64,000 nt of DNA from Patescibacteria group bacterium (lineage in GTDB: Bacteria; Patescibacteriota; Patescibacteriia; Buchananbacterales; UBA6539). Within the stretch, counting starts at the first letter, position 1, and each line of letters starts with the position of its first letter. The position numbers and the translations under genes are program-made. This document shows positions 46,147 through 55,507 of this stretch, in pieces. The stretch spans positions 617,385 through 681,384 of the forward strand of contig JBAZSB010000001.1 in NCBI GenBank assembly GCA_041662625.1. The letters run 5' to 3'. Below the pieces are notes generated by a model. That model did not search any database. It was not told where the DNA came from and saw only the letters and a program-made list of their open reading frames with translations.

Positions 46147-46180
46147 GATCGCCTCAAACTTGTTGAGAGGCGGTTTTTTG
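46147..46180 (+). terminator. intrinsic terminator
   Basis: atCGCCTCaaacttgttGAGAGGCGgtttttt. Confidence 0.7.
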
Positions 46181-46419
46181 GTACCAGATTATTCGCAAGG
46201 CTACCGCCCCGGCCAAGCGGTTTTCTAGGGTAGTATTATCCTAGATAATTATCGCTTAATCTAACTAAAAAAGCAGCCAAAGCGTAATCAAAGAAAGAAT
46301 TTGGGGAAGAAAACAGTATTATATAATAGACTGAGGTCTATTTTGTGTTGTTGATCTTGTCAAAATTTGGTATAATTTAAGTGTATTTATATATTATTAA
46401 TTTATTATTACCAAAAAAT

Positions 46420-49380
46420 ATGACCAAAAAATCAATCATTTTTTCCTTAACTGTAGCTTTTTTTGTTTTAGTGACATGTTTTTATTCTCTAACTTTTGCC
46501 CGGGCGGAAAATGACTATAACGGTAAAATTGTTAAAATGAATGGCTTAACCAGTCTTTATTATGTTGCTTCAAACGGAAAACGCTATGTCTTTCCGAGTG
46601 AAAAAATTTTTAAATCGTGGTTCCCGGATTTTAGTGATGTTATCACCATAGATTCCGGCGACCTGGCAGATATTCCTTTGGTTGGCAATGTCCTTTATCG
46701 CCCTGGCGTACTCCTGATTAAAATTAATACTGATCCAAAAATTTATGCCGTTACAAAAACCGGCATCTTGCGTTGGATTGAAACTGAAGCAATCGCCAAA
46801 GCACTCTATGGCGACAGTTGGAATCTTCTCGTTGATGATGTGTCTGATTCATTTTTTACTAATTATGCTATTGGAGAATCAATTGATGAGGTATCGGACT
46901 TCAATGCTGATGAAGAAGTCGAAGATACGGATACAATCGAAGCTAATCATGGTTTAGCTTTGGGCAATGCCAAACACGCCCGGACCAAAAAATGTGTTAT
47001 GTCAGGATCTATCCGGGTATGTGCGTCAAACGATAATAGTGGTAATGAAAGTAATAATAACAATAATGGTGATCCTTATATTACTGCGATTGAAGTTTCT
47101 AATAGCGGAGAGGCGGGATATATTGATGTTGATGACACTATCACTATTACTTTCAGTGAAGCTATTGACCCAAAATCAATTAATGCTAATCTCGAAAGAG
47201 GCGGCTATGTTAATGACGTTACTTATTCAAACACCGGTGGAGTCACGATTTCCTCATCAGGGAAAGTAACCGTTAATAACATTGCCTCTTTTAGCATGGG
47301 AACAGTTGATCTTTCGGAAACTTTCACGGCTAAATTAGACCTAAGTTCTAACGGAAAAATTTTAACCATTACCTTAACAAACGGAAGTGATGTTGAAATC
47401 GTCAGCGAAAATTTTGATAACGCTACTCAGGTTGGTGGTACTATCAAAGATTTGGCCGGAAAAGTAATGCCGAGCGATTCCAGTATTAATGATCCGACCG
47501 GGACTTTTGGCGGGGATAACAGCAGTAATCCTTATATAACTAAAATAGAAGTTGTTGATGGCGGAGAAGCGGGATATATTGATATTGATGACACTATCAC
47601 TATTACTTTCAGTGAAGCTATTGACCCAAAATCGATTAATAGCAACTTGGGAGCAGGCAATCAGGTTACCGGCATCTCATATTCACAAACCGGAGGAGTC
47701 AAAATTTCGTCATCCGGAAAAGTGACTATTAACGGTATTGCTTCTTTTGACATGGGAGCAGTTGATCTTTCGGAAACTTTCACTTCCAAACTCGCTCTTA
47801 GCTCTAATGGCAAAATTTTAACTATTACTTTGACTAGCGGCAGTGATGTCGAGATCGTTAACGAAGATTTTGATAATGCGAGTCAAACCGGCGGCACTAT
47901 TAAGGATTTAGCCGGTGATGGAATGGAAAGCGATTCCAGTATTAATGATCCGACCGGGACTTTTGGCGGAAACCTTTATAATAGCAGTGGCAATCCTTAT
48001 ATAACTAATATTAAGGTTTCCAACGGCGGCACAGAAGGATTTATTGACGCCGGTGACATTATTGAAATTACTTTTAATGAAGCCATTGACCCAAAATCAA
48101 TTAATAGCATTCTTGGGGCCGGAAGCTATATCACCGGCGTTTTGTCCACATCAAATGGCGGAGTCAGAGTTTCTTCATCAGGGGAAGTAATTATTAATAA
48201 CATTGTTTCTTTCGACATGGGTTCGATTGATTATTCAGAAACTTTCACGGCTAAACTAGCCCTTGATTCTAATAGCAAGGTTTTAACTATAACTTTGACC
48301 GGCGAAAACGATGCTGAAATCACCAACGAAGACTTCGACGTTGTTAGCCAGCTCGGCGGCTTTGTCAAAGATCTAGATGGTAATGCAATGGAAAGTGATT
48401 CTGGTATTAGTGATTTATCAGGAACTTTCGGAGGCAACTTTGATGATAGCAGTGGTAGTGGCAGTAACCCTTACATAACCGAAATTAAAGTTTCTAACGG
48501 CGGAGAAACGGGATATATTGATACCAGCGACAAAATTGCTATTACTTTCAGCGAAGCTATTGAGCCGGAATCAATTAATAGTGGACTTGACAGAGATGAT
48601 TCCGTTAATGGTATTTCGTATTCCCAAACCGGCGGAGTAAGAGTTTCGTCATCGGGAAAAATAACAATCAACAATATTGCTTCTTTTGACATGGGTTCAG
48701 TTGACGGTTCAGAAACTTACACTGTCAATTTGGCCCTCAATTCCAATGGCAGAGTTTTAACCATAACTTTGACTAGCGGCAGTGATGTTGAAATTACTGA
48801 TGAAGATTTTAGTGATACCAGCCAGACCGGTGGGATTATCGAAGATGAGGATGGTAATGAAATGCCTAGCGATACCAGTATTGGTGATCCGACTGGGACT
48901 TTTGGCGGAAAACTTTATAATAGTGGTGATGATAATAGTGCACCTTATATCACTGACATTCAAATTTCTAATGGCGGTGATTCCGGGTATATTGATACTA
49001 ATGACACGATTGAAATTACTTTCAGCGAAGCTATTGAACCAGAATCAATCAGCAGTAATCTTGAAGCCGGAAGCTATGTCACTAGTATTCCATATACATC
49101 AACTGGCGGAGTCAACGTTTTTGCCGCCGGCGCATTGTTTGTCGAAGGAATCTTTACCTTTGACGTCGGATCAGTTGAAAATTCTGGAATTTTTACCACT
49201 AAACTTGCCCTCAGTTCTAACGGTAAGATCTTGACCATTACTTTGACCAGTGGAAGTGATATCAAAATCACTAGTAAAAATTTTGACAGCACTAGCCAAA
49301 CCGGTGGCACCATCGAAGACGAATCTGGTAATGAAATGATTAGTAATTCCAGTATTAATGATCCGGATGGAAGTTTCTAG
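46420..49380 (+). CDS. large membrane-anchored surface protein with six tandem ~150-aa repeats
   Basis: Start at ATG 46420 (MTKKSIIFSLTVAFFVLVTCF); N-domain then 6x (NPYIT.I.VSNGGE.GYID..D.I.ITFSEAI.P.SIN....GISYSQTGGV.VSSSGK.TINNIASFDMG.VD.SETFT.KLAL.SNGK.LTITLT.GSDVEI..E.FD..SQTGG.I.D..G..M.SD.SI.DPTGTFGG). Confidence 0.7.
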   Translation: MTKKSIIFSLTVAFFVLVTCFYSLTFARAENDYNGKIVKMNGLTSLYYVASNGKRYVFPSEKIFKSWFPDFSDVITIDSGDLADIPLVGNVLYRPGVLLIKINTDPKIYAVTKTGILRWIETEAIAKALYGDSWNLLVDDVSDSFFTNYAIGESIDEVSDFNADEEVEDTDTIEANHGLALGNAKHARTKKCVMSGSIRVCASNDNSGNESNNNNNGDPYITAIEVSNSGEAGYIDVDDTITITFSEAIDPKSINANLERGGYVNDVTYSNTGGVTISSSGKVTVNNIASFSMGTVDLSETFTAKLDLSSNGKILTITLTNGSDVEIVSENFDNATQVGGTIKDLAGKVMPSDSSINDPTGTFGGDNSSNPYITKIEVVDGGEAGYIDIDDTITITFSEAIDPKSINSNLGAGNQVTGISYSQTGGVKISSSGKVTINGIASFDMGAVDLSETFTSKLALSSNGKILTITLTSGSDVEIVNEDFDNASQTGGTIKDLAGDGMESDSSINDPTGTFGGNLYNSSGNPYITNIKVSNGGTEGFIDAGDIIEITFNEAIDPKSINSILGAGSYITGVLSTSNGGVRVSSSGEVIINNIVSFDMGSIDYSETFTAKLALDSNSKVLTITLTGENDAEITNEDFDVVSQLGGFVKDLDGNAMESDSGISDLSGTFGGNFDDSSGSGSNPYITEIKVSNGGETGYIDTSDKIAITFSEAIEPESINSGLDRDDSVNGISYSQTGGVRVSSSGKITINNIASFDMGSVDGSETYTVNLALNSNGRVLTITLTSGSDVEITDEDFSDTSQTGGIIEDEDGNEMPSDTSIGDPTGTFGGKLYNSGDDNSAPYITDIQISNGGDSGYIDTNDTIEITFSEAIEPESISSNLEAGSYVTSIPYTSTGGVNVFAAGALFVEGIFTFDVGSVENSGIFTTKLALSSNGKILTITLTSGSDIKITSKNFDSTSQTGGTIEDESGNEMISNSSINDPDGSF
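47060..49380 (+). repeat. six tandem ~440-bp DNA repeats encoding the protein repeats
   Basis: Recurring ccttatataac..., gggatatattga..., cagtgaagctattgacccaaaatc...; repeat units visibly diverged. Confidence 0.7.
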
Positions 49381-49406
49381 AGGCTAAATATTATATCTTT
49401 CTCACC

Positions 49407-49433
49407 AAAAAATCGCCTAACAGGCGATTTTTT
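49407..49433 (+). terminator. terminator of conserved AATCGCC-N5-GGCGATTTTT family, followed by GCTATAAT -10-like box
   Basis: aaaAATCGCCtaacaGGCGATTttttgctataat. Confidence 0.7.
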
Positions 49434-49450
49434 GCTATAATCAAACTACT

Positions 49451-49687
49451 ATGATTATAAAAATTCTAGGTTTGGGCTGTCCCAATTGCCAAAAATTAGA
49501 AGCTAATGCCAAAAAAGCCGTGGAAGAACTTGGCTTGGATGCCAAAGTGGAAAAAGTGACTGACTTTGCCAAAATTGCCCAATACGGCGCCATGGCGATG
49601 CCGGCTTTGGTAATTAATGAACAGCTGAAAATCGCCGGGCGGATACCAGACGTTGAAGAGATAAAAAAATTACTAAAAAATGATTAA
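49451..49687 (+). CDS. thioredoxin-family small redox protein (redox-active disulfide protein 2-like)
   Basis: 78 aa; MIIKILGLGCPNCQKLEANAKKA...; CxxC at N-terminus. Confidence 0.8.
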   Translation: MIIKILGLGCPNCQKLEANAKKAVEELGLDAKVEKVTDFAKIAQYGAMAMPALVINEQLKIAGRIPDVEEIKKLLKND

Positions 49688-50639
49688 AGCTTTCAGCGAC
49701 TATTTAGCTTTTACGGTCTTTGGCCTTGGCCAAAATTCAGCGCTTGGCAAAAGTGTGGAGTTTTTTATTAATGACAGCATTAAAATCTTGCTACTGCTAC
49801 TGGTCATCACTCACCTAATGAGTTTAGTCCGTTATTACCTACCAATTGAAAAAATCAGGGATTTCCTCACTGCAAAAAAATTCTACGGTCTGGATTATTT
49901 TCTCGCCTCATTATTTGGTGCCCTCACGCCATTTTGTTCTTGTTCCTCCATTCCTTTATTCATCGGCTTTTTGGAGGCCAGGATTCCACTGGGGGTCACT
50001 TTTGCTTTTTTAATTACTTCGCCTTTAATTAATGAAGTGGCTCTGGCCTTGTTTGTCGGACTGTTCGGCTGGAAAGTCACAATTATCTACGCGGCGTCAG
50101 GAATTGCCATTGGCATGATTGGCGGCTATATTTTGGGAAAGTTAAATTTAGAAAAATATGTTGAGAAATTTATCTGGCAGATCAAAACAGATAATCGCGG
50201 GCCGCAAGCTAAAAAATTACCCCTAAAAAAAGTCTTAGTCATTGTCACCAAAGAGGCATTAGGTATTACCAAACAAATAACCCCCTACCTATTGGCTGGG
50301 ATTGCACTCGGTGCTTTGATTCATGGCTATATTCCCCAAGGCTTTTTTGAAAAATATATTACTAAAGACAATTTATTTGCCGTGCCGCTAGCAGTTCTCA
50401 TCGGCATACCGCTTTATTCCAATGCCAGCGGGGTGATTCCGGTCATTCAGGCGCTGGTAGCCAAAGGTTTGCCACTGGGAACGGCTTTGGCTTTTATGAT
50501 GGCAACCGTTGGTCTTTCCCTGCCGGAAGCTTTGATTTTAAAAAAAGTTATGAAGTGGCAGCTTTTAGCGGCATTCTTTGGAATAGTGGGTTTAGGAATA
50601 ATTATTTTAGGCTATCTATTTAATATCATTTTGTCTTAA
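49680..50639 (+). CDS. permease, DUF318 (YraQ-like), the usual partner of the thioredoxin-like gene
   Basis: 319 aa polytopic; CSCSSIPLFIGFLEARIPLGVTFAFLITSPLINE motif; overlaps upstream gene by 8 nt. Confidence 0.75.
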   Translation: MIKAFSDYLAFTVFGLGQNSALGKSVEFFINDSIKILLLLLVITHLMSLVRYYLPIEKIRDFLTAKKFYGLDYFLASLFGALTPFCSCSSIPLFIGFLEARIPLGVTFAFLITSPLINEVALALFVGLFGWKVTIIYAASGIAIGMIGGYILGKLNLEKYVEKFIWQIKTDNRGPQAKKLPLKKVLVIVTKEALGITKQITPYLLAGIALGALIHGYIPQGFFEKYITKDNLFAVPLAVLIGIPLYSNASGVIPVIQALVAKGLPLGTALAFMMATVGLSLPEALILKKVMKWQLLAAFFGIVGLGIIILGYLFNIILS

Positions 50640-50661
50640 AGCTTAAAAAGGGATATAATAA

Positions 50662-51168
50662 ATGCATATGAAAAAACTACTTTTATTATCATTACTAGCA
50701 ACTACTATCGCCTTGTCTGGTTGTATACCCACAATTACTCCCACCAATCAAAATCAACCAGAGATCAATAGCAATACTAACACTGTACCAAACGGAAATA
50801 AACTTGATTTAAGCAATCGAGGCCTAACGCAAGTTTCTCAGGATGTTTTCAAAATGACAAATTTACAAGAACTTAATGTTTCAAATAATAAGTTAACCGG
50901 CGCCTTACCTGCAGAAATCAGACACTTACAAAAACTACAAATACTTGATGCTTCTAATAATCAAATGACTGGCGTACCGGCAGAAATTGGCCAACTGCAG
51001 AACTTACAAATACTTAACCTGGCTAATAACCAGCTGACTGGATTACCATATGAGCTAGGCAACTTAAAAAAATTAAAAGTCTTAGACCTATCTGGTAATA
51101 ACTATTCGACTCAAGATCTTGAAATCATCCGCCAAGGTTTACCCCCTGACGTCAATATCATTTTGTGA
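50662..51168 (+). CDS. leucine-rich-repeat lipoprotein
   Basis: Lipobox LSGC; five LRRs (LQELNVSNNKLTGALPAEI / LQILDASNNQMTGVPAEI / LQILNLANNQLTGLPYEL / LKVLDLSGNN). Confidence 0.8.
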   Translation: MHMKKLLLLSLLATTIALSGCIPTITPTNQNQPEINSNTNTVPNGNKLDLSNRGLTQVSQDVFKMTNLQELNVSNNKLTGALPAEIRHLQKLQILDASNNQMTGVPAEIGQLQNLQILNLANNQLTGLPYELGNLKKLKVLDLSGNNYSTQDLEIIRQGLPPDVNIIL

Positions 51169-51198
51169 TTCGGTAATAAATTTTCTTGAATTCAAAAA

Positions 51199-51238
51199 CC
51201 AAAAAACCGCCTGACGACAAACTCAGAGCGGTTTTTTG
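51199..51238. terminator. bidirectional intrinsic terminator
   Basis: caaaAAACCGCctgacgacaaactcagaGCGGTTTtttgtt. Confidence 0.7.
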
Positions 51239-51272
51239 TTAGGCTCAGTATAGCGCGAAAATTCTGAGTCAA

Positions 51273-51482
51273 TTAAGCTTTCTGGGTTTTGGCCTTAAAG
51301 GTGGACTCCAAGACATGGTAACGCGGTTGTTTGCTGTTGTTGTCGTCTTCATTCCATTTCTTGTTTTGAAAAACGGCAACCCGCTTGCCATCAATCTCGC
51401 CAGTTAAAGCCGGCCCTTTTTCGCTCTTGGCCTTATTGACCCAAAGCGCTCCGAGCCTGTTCGAACTTTGATTTTGTGCCAT
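51273..51482 (-). CDS. small protein, DUF736-like (tentative)
   Basis: 69 aa; LGALWVNKAKSEKGPALTGEIDGKRVAVFQNKK...KQPRYHVLES. Confidence 0.3.
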   Translation of the reverse strand: MAQNQSSNRLGALWVNKAKSEKGPALTGEIDGKRVAVFQNKKWNEDDNNSKQPRYHVLESTFKAKTQKA

Positions 51483-51539
51483 AGGGTTATGGTTAGTTAA
51501 GAATAAGCATGGATTAGTTTAAAAATTAGAAAGTTTGTT

Positions 51540-51600
51540 TAGCGAGTACAGTTTATACAGCGAGTTTGGCGAGTTAAGTTTTGCTATTTTTTATTTGGCA
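51540..51600. repeat. left inverted repeat of the four-helix-bundle gene cassette
   Basis: agcgagtacagtttatacagcgagtttggcgagttaagtttt; reverse-complement partner at 51985-52030. Confidence 0.55.
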
Positions 51601-51948
51601 TTGAACCCAAGCGTTAAGCATTTTGCCAACCTCATCACATAGACTTATTATTTTTTCATAAGCTTCGTCTGATATATAATTTAAATCTTTAGCAATCAAT
51701 AGTTGATATTTGGTTTCCTCCAAAGAACCTCTGGAAATACTATAAAAGTGCAGGCTTTCTTTAACTGATAATCTACTAAAACCTTCAACAATATTTGAGG
51801 CAATAGAAACCGCTGCCCGGCGCAGTTGCTGAACTAAAGCATATTTTTCGTCTAAAGGAAAATTCTTAGTCATCCGGTAAATTTCCAATACCAATTTATG
51901 AGCTTTATTCCAAACCTTTAGTTCCTTGAAAATTTTGACATTTGCCAT
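51574..51948 (-). CDS. four-helix-bundle protein of the 23S rRNA intervening-sequence protein family
   Basis: MANVKIFKELKVWNKAHKLVLEIYRMTKNFPLDEKYALVQQLRRAAVSIASNIVEGFSR... Confidence 0.85.
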   Translation of the reverse strand: MANVKIFKELKVWNKAHKLVLEIYRMTKNFPLDEKYALVQQLRRAAVSIASNIVEGFSRLSVKESLHFYSISRGSLEETKYQLLIAKDLNYISDEAYEKIISLCDEVGKMLNAWVQCQIKNSKT

Positions 51949-51984
51949 AAGTTTATATTTATTGAGTGAAATTAAGTGCCCATA

Positions 51985-52030
51985 AACTGTACTGACTGAA
52001 CTCGCTGACCTCGCTGTACTCGCTATTTAA
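51985..52030. repeat. right inverted repeat of the four-helix-bundle gene cassette
   Basis: actgtactgactgaactcgctgacctcgctgtactcgct; contains the reverse complement of agcgagtacag and cagcgagtt. Confidence 0.55.
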
Positions 52031-52147
52031 TACAAAAAACGCCCTTTTTTGGCGCTATGTTGATTGGCTTAAGTTTTACTATTCTTAGGTTAGCAAAGCC
52101 CAATTGACCTGTCAAGGCCGCTTTATGCTATAATAAAGCTAACCTAT

Positions 52148-52492
52148 ATGACCAGCATCTACGAAAAAATTTTTGGCAAAGTGAAAAAGGGTAGCCTTTA
52201 CACCAGCCAGGGTAACTTCGGCGGCTCTTATAGCTCTTCCAGCCTGCGTTCCTCAATGCAGAAGTTTAGGAATACACTTTACAGCGGCGTGGCCGGCAAA
52301 AATCTTTCCAAAGAAAATGCTGACTATATCATTTCCGTTATTGAACCCCATTTAAAAAATTTGCCGCTTGGCGGAAAATTATCCTATTCCACAAAACTGG
52401 CAATGCGGGAAAAACTCTGGCAATCAGTGCTAGCCGGAAAGCTTAGTAAAGAAGACTTTGAAGACGCCAAACACATAATTGAATTGTTCTGA
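52148..52492 (+). CDS. hypothetical protein
   Basis: 114 aa, Ser/Gly-rich N-region, no recognised motif. Confidence 0.35.
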   Translation: MTSIYEKIFGKVKKGSLYTSQGNFGGSYSSSSLRSSMQKFRNTLYSGVAGKNLSKENADYIISVIEPHLKNLPLGGKLSYSTKLAMREKLWQSVLAGKLSKEDFEDAKHIIELF

Positions 52493-52512
52493 TCTAGTTA
52501 TCGTCAGAAATA

Positions 52513-52537
52513 AAGAATCGCCCAATTGGCGATTTTT
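52513..52537 (+). terminator. terminator of conserved AATCGCC-N5-GGCGATTTTT family, followed by GCTATAAT
   Basis: aagAATCGCCcaattGGCGATTtttgctataat. Confidence 0.7.
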
Positions 52538-52598
52538 GCTATAATATTATAATTTGTAATTAATACAGAGAATTAAGCCTCTGTTTTTATTTTAAAAA

Positions 52599-53975
52599 TT
52601 ATTGGTTGATTGGTTCGCTGTGAACAACCACGCGCTCAATTGCCGGCATTTGCTGCCGGGCCAAATATTCAATCCGGCTGGAACTGCTATGAGCGTCTTC
52701 TAGAGAAACTTGATTTTCAAAAGTGGCATGAACGGTAATAAAATAATTTCTACCAAATTTTTTGATGGCAATATTATGGATATCTTTAAGCAAAGGCGAA
52801 TCTTTTTTTATTTTAGCAAACACCTGATTTATTTTTTCCGTTTCAGCCTCGCTCACTGCTTCCCCTTCTAGAGTCTTTGGGTCAACCGGTTCAATATGGG
52901 TATTAATGGTTACTTCTTCGGCCAATTCTTTTCTAATTTGATCTTCAAGCTGGCTGGCAATATCGTGGGCTTGCTGGACAGAAAAAGCATTACTAATTTC
53001 CAAGTCAAAACTAACATCCATTTTGCCGTTTAATGATTGAACGGCAATATCATGAACCGAAACATCGAAATTAGCCGCCACCATCTGTACTTTCTCGGCA
53101 ATTGTTTCGCTGGAAATCGCAATCGCTTTGGCACTGACCAGTAAATCAGCTTCGGGTAGATGTTTTTTGACTTCGTCTTCAACATTTTTAATAATTTGCT
53201 GAACTTTAGACTGCGCCAGTTTTCGATTGACATTAATTACTAGTTCGATAAAAAGGGAAGCCCCAGCCGGCCGGACTCTTAATTTTTCAATGCTTAAAAC
53301 ACCATCAACCTGGATAACAAGGGCTGAAATTTTTTCCGTTGTCCCCTGGGGTGCAGCGTCAATTAAAACATCAATAGTTCTTTTGCCCAACCGCCAACCG
53401 GCAATTATCACTAGTAAGGCAACAAACAAAGCGGCAATGGAATCGGCGCCATTGATGCCAAATAAAACCAACCCTAAACCTAAAAGGACAACGGCCGAAC
53501 TCCAAATATCGGAACTGAAGTGCAAGGCATCAGCCTCCAGCGCCTGACTTTTGGTTTGCTTGGCGACCCTGGCTAAGGCGCGGGAACGGGAAAAATCAAC
53601 AATAATTGAAATGATAATAATGGCAAAGGCATACCAGGCGGCGTCAACTTTGGCGGGTTCAAAAAATAACCGCTTAAGACTTTCGTAAATAATCCAGGCA
53701 CTGGTTAAAAAAAGCAGCCCGGTTTCAATTAAAGCTGAGACACTTTCGGTTTTGCCGTGGCCAAACTGGTGGCGGCTGTCAGCCGGTTTATCGGAAACCC
53801 GCACGGCAAAATAAGTCAAAAGCGCCGCGCCTAAATCCATGGCGGAATGAGCCGCTTCAGAAATTATACCCAAGCTGCCAGTCACTACCCCAACAACCAG
53901 TTTACCTAGCGTCAAAAATAAGCTGGCAAAAACCGAGCTCAAAGCTACAGATTGTTTTTGATTAGTTTTAGCCAT
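52599..53975 (-). CDS. cation diffusion facilitator (CDF) family metal efflux transporter with extended C-terminal cytoplasmic region
   Basis: Probable start MAKTNQKQS (53975); TM core with HSAMDLGAALLTYFA...HQFGHGKTE...; about 200-aa C-terminal extension beyond a standard CDF. Confidence 0.8.
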   Translation of the reverse strand: MAKTNQKQSVALSSVFASLFLTLGKLVVGVVTGSLGIISEAAHSAMDLGAALLTYFAVRVSDKPADSRHQFGHGKTESVSALIETGLLFLTSAWIIYESLKRLFFEPAKVDAAWYAFAIIIISIIVDFSRSRALARVAKQTKSQALEADALHFSSDIWSSAVVLLGLGLVLFGINGADSIAALFVALLVIIAGWRLGKRTIDVLIDAAPQGTTEKISALVIQVDGVLSIEKLRVRPAGASLFIELVINVNRKLAQSKVQQIIKNVEDEVKKHLPEADLLVSAKAIAISSETIAEKVQMVAANFDVSVHDIAVQSLNGKMDVSFDLEISNAFSVQQAHDIASQLEDQIRKELAEEVTINTHIEPVDPKTLEGEAVSEAETEKINQVFAKIKKDSPLLKDIHNIAIKKFGRNYFITVHATFENQVSLEDAHSSSSRIEYLARQQMPAIERVVVHSEPINQ

Positions 53976-54030
53976 AAAAAGATTATTCTTTGTATTATAG
54001 CATATTACTCGAAAAACCAATAGAAAAAGA

Positions 54031-54065
54031 TAAAAAAAAGAGGGGAACTGAGACCAGCTCACCTC
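54031..54065 (-). terminator. intrinsic terminator/attenuator immediately upstream of the CDF start codon
   Basis: Minus strand GAGGUGAGCUGGUCUCAGUUCCCCUC + U8 (about 10-bp stem, one mismatch). Confidence 0.6.
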
Positions 54066-54099
54066 ATGTCGGGTCAGTCCCCGCAGTATCAGCATTAGG

Positions 54100-54444
54100 T
54101 TATTTCATCTGTCGGGTCAGTCCCCACAGTATCCGGACCAGTTTCCATGGTCCGATCTTTGCGAATAGCTTCCAATCAATTGGAGCTACTCCTTCCCTCG
54201 CTGTCGTCCGGTCGCCGCAAACAGCGACAAAGACCGGGAACAATACCGGTAGAAAAGCAGGGCAGACTCTGATCGTACCCCAAAACAAGTGGGGTAACAG
54301 ACTATCAAAACCTACCTTGCGGCTGTCGTTGGTAGGCAATGGGATTGCCTGCTCAAGCTCTCTGATGATCTCGCTTCTCCTCTGCTGACCACAGCCGGTC
54401 TTTGCTGCTTCATTCAGTAATGACATAACTCTCGCCGGTTTCAT
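54100..54444 (-). CDS. GC-rich 114-codon ORF with strong SD in the CDF leader; may be spurious if the region is a regulatory RNA
   Basis: ctaaacAGGAGGagtcgtcaATGAAACCGGCG...; GC-rich; contains two 24-nt direct repeats (gatactg[c/t]ggggactgacccgaca) at its 3' end. Confidence 0.25.
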   Translation of the reverse strand: MKPARVMSLLNEAAKTGCGQQRRSEIIRELEQAIPLPTNDSRKVGFDSLLPHLFWGTIRVCPAFLPVLFPVFVAVCGDRTTAREGVAPIDWKLFAKIGPWKLVRILWGLTRQMK

Positions 54445-54566
54445 TGACGACTCCTCCTGTTTAGCCTATTTCGGCTGACCTTACATTATCCTAAATTATC
54501 AGTTTTTGTCAAGAGTCTTTATTACTAATTTTTGTTTTCTTATTTTCTCTATGATATAATTAAACT

Positions 54567-55493
54567 ATGATTATCAGTTTCATCGTTATTATTATAGGCC
54601 TCTGCCTGTTCGAAGTTATCAGCAGTGTTGACAACGCTGTCATCAATGCCAATGTTTTAAAGACCATGCCGGTGAAATACCGCAAGATTTTTTTATTTTG
54701 GGGAATTATTTTTGCCGTCTTTGTGGTTCGGGGGATTCTACCTTTTTTGATTGTCTGGCTGGCCAATCCAGCTTTATCGGTAGTAGAAGTCTTTACTTTC
54801 GTTTTTTCTTCCAATAAAGAAATAGAGGAATACGTCGAGCAGTCAAAACCCATCCTGCTTTTGGGCGGCGGCGTTTACTTGTTTTTTGTCTTTTTATCCT
54901 GGCTTTTTTTGGAAGAAAAAAAATACGCTTTTTTGGTAGAAAATTTTTTGCACCGCCAAAGCATTTGGTTTTATGCCATTGCCTCGCTAATGTTAACAAC
55001 AATTATTTATTTAAGCTTGAAAGAAAATCCCATCCTAGCGCTTTCCGCTTCAATTGGCGCTTCAGCTTTTTTTATTACCGATGGCTTTAAAAAGAACGCC
55101 GAAGAGCAAGAAAGAAAATTACTTGATCCAAATAATAAACTCAGTGCCTGGAGTAAAATTCTATATTTGGAAATTTTGGATGCCTCTTTTTCCATTGACG
55201 GCGTCATCGGCGCTTTTGCCTTTACCATTTCGATCCCCTTAATTATTTTAGGCAATGGCTTGGGTGCTTTTGTCGTCCGGGAAGTAACCATCCGCGGCAT
55301 TGATACAATTTCAAAGTTTGCCTTTTTGAAAAACGGCGCCATGTATGCCATTGGCGTTTTGGGAGCAATTATGATTTTAGAAAGTTTTGGCCGCGAATAC
55401 CCCTTTTGGTTAGCGCCCTTAACTACGACTTCACTGCTTGGTTTCTTTTTATATCTTTCAATCAAGCATCTTAAACTGACAGAAAAAAAATAA
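54567..55493 (+). CDS. TerC / DUF475 family integral membrane protein
   Basis: 308 aa; LFEVISSVDNAVINA... and LEILDASFSIDGVIGAFAFT... duplicated motif typical of TerC-like proteins. Confidence 0.55.
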   Translation: MIISFIVIIIGLCLFEVISSVDNAVINANVLKTMPVKYRKIFLFWGIIFAVFVVRGILPFLIVWLANPALSVVEVFTFVFSSNKEIEEYVEQSKPILLLGGGVYLFFVFLSWLFLEEKKYAFLVENFLHRQSIWFYAIASLMLTTIIYLSLKENPILALSASIGASAFFITDGFKKNAEEQERKLLDPNNKLSAWSKILYLEILDASFSIDGVIGAFAFTISIPLIILGNGLGAFVVREVTIRGIDTISKFAFLKNGAMYAIGVLGAIMILESFGREYPFWLAPLTTTSLLGFFLYLSIKHLKLTEKK

Positions 55494-55507
55494 TAAATTA
55501 TAAAAAT

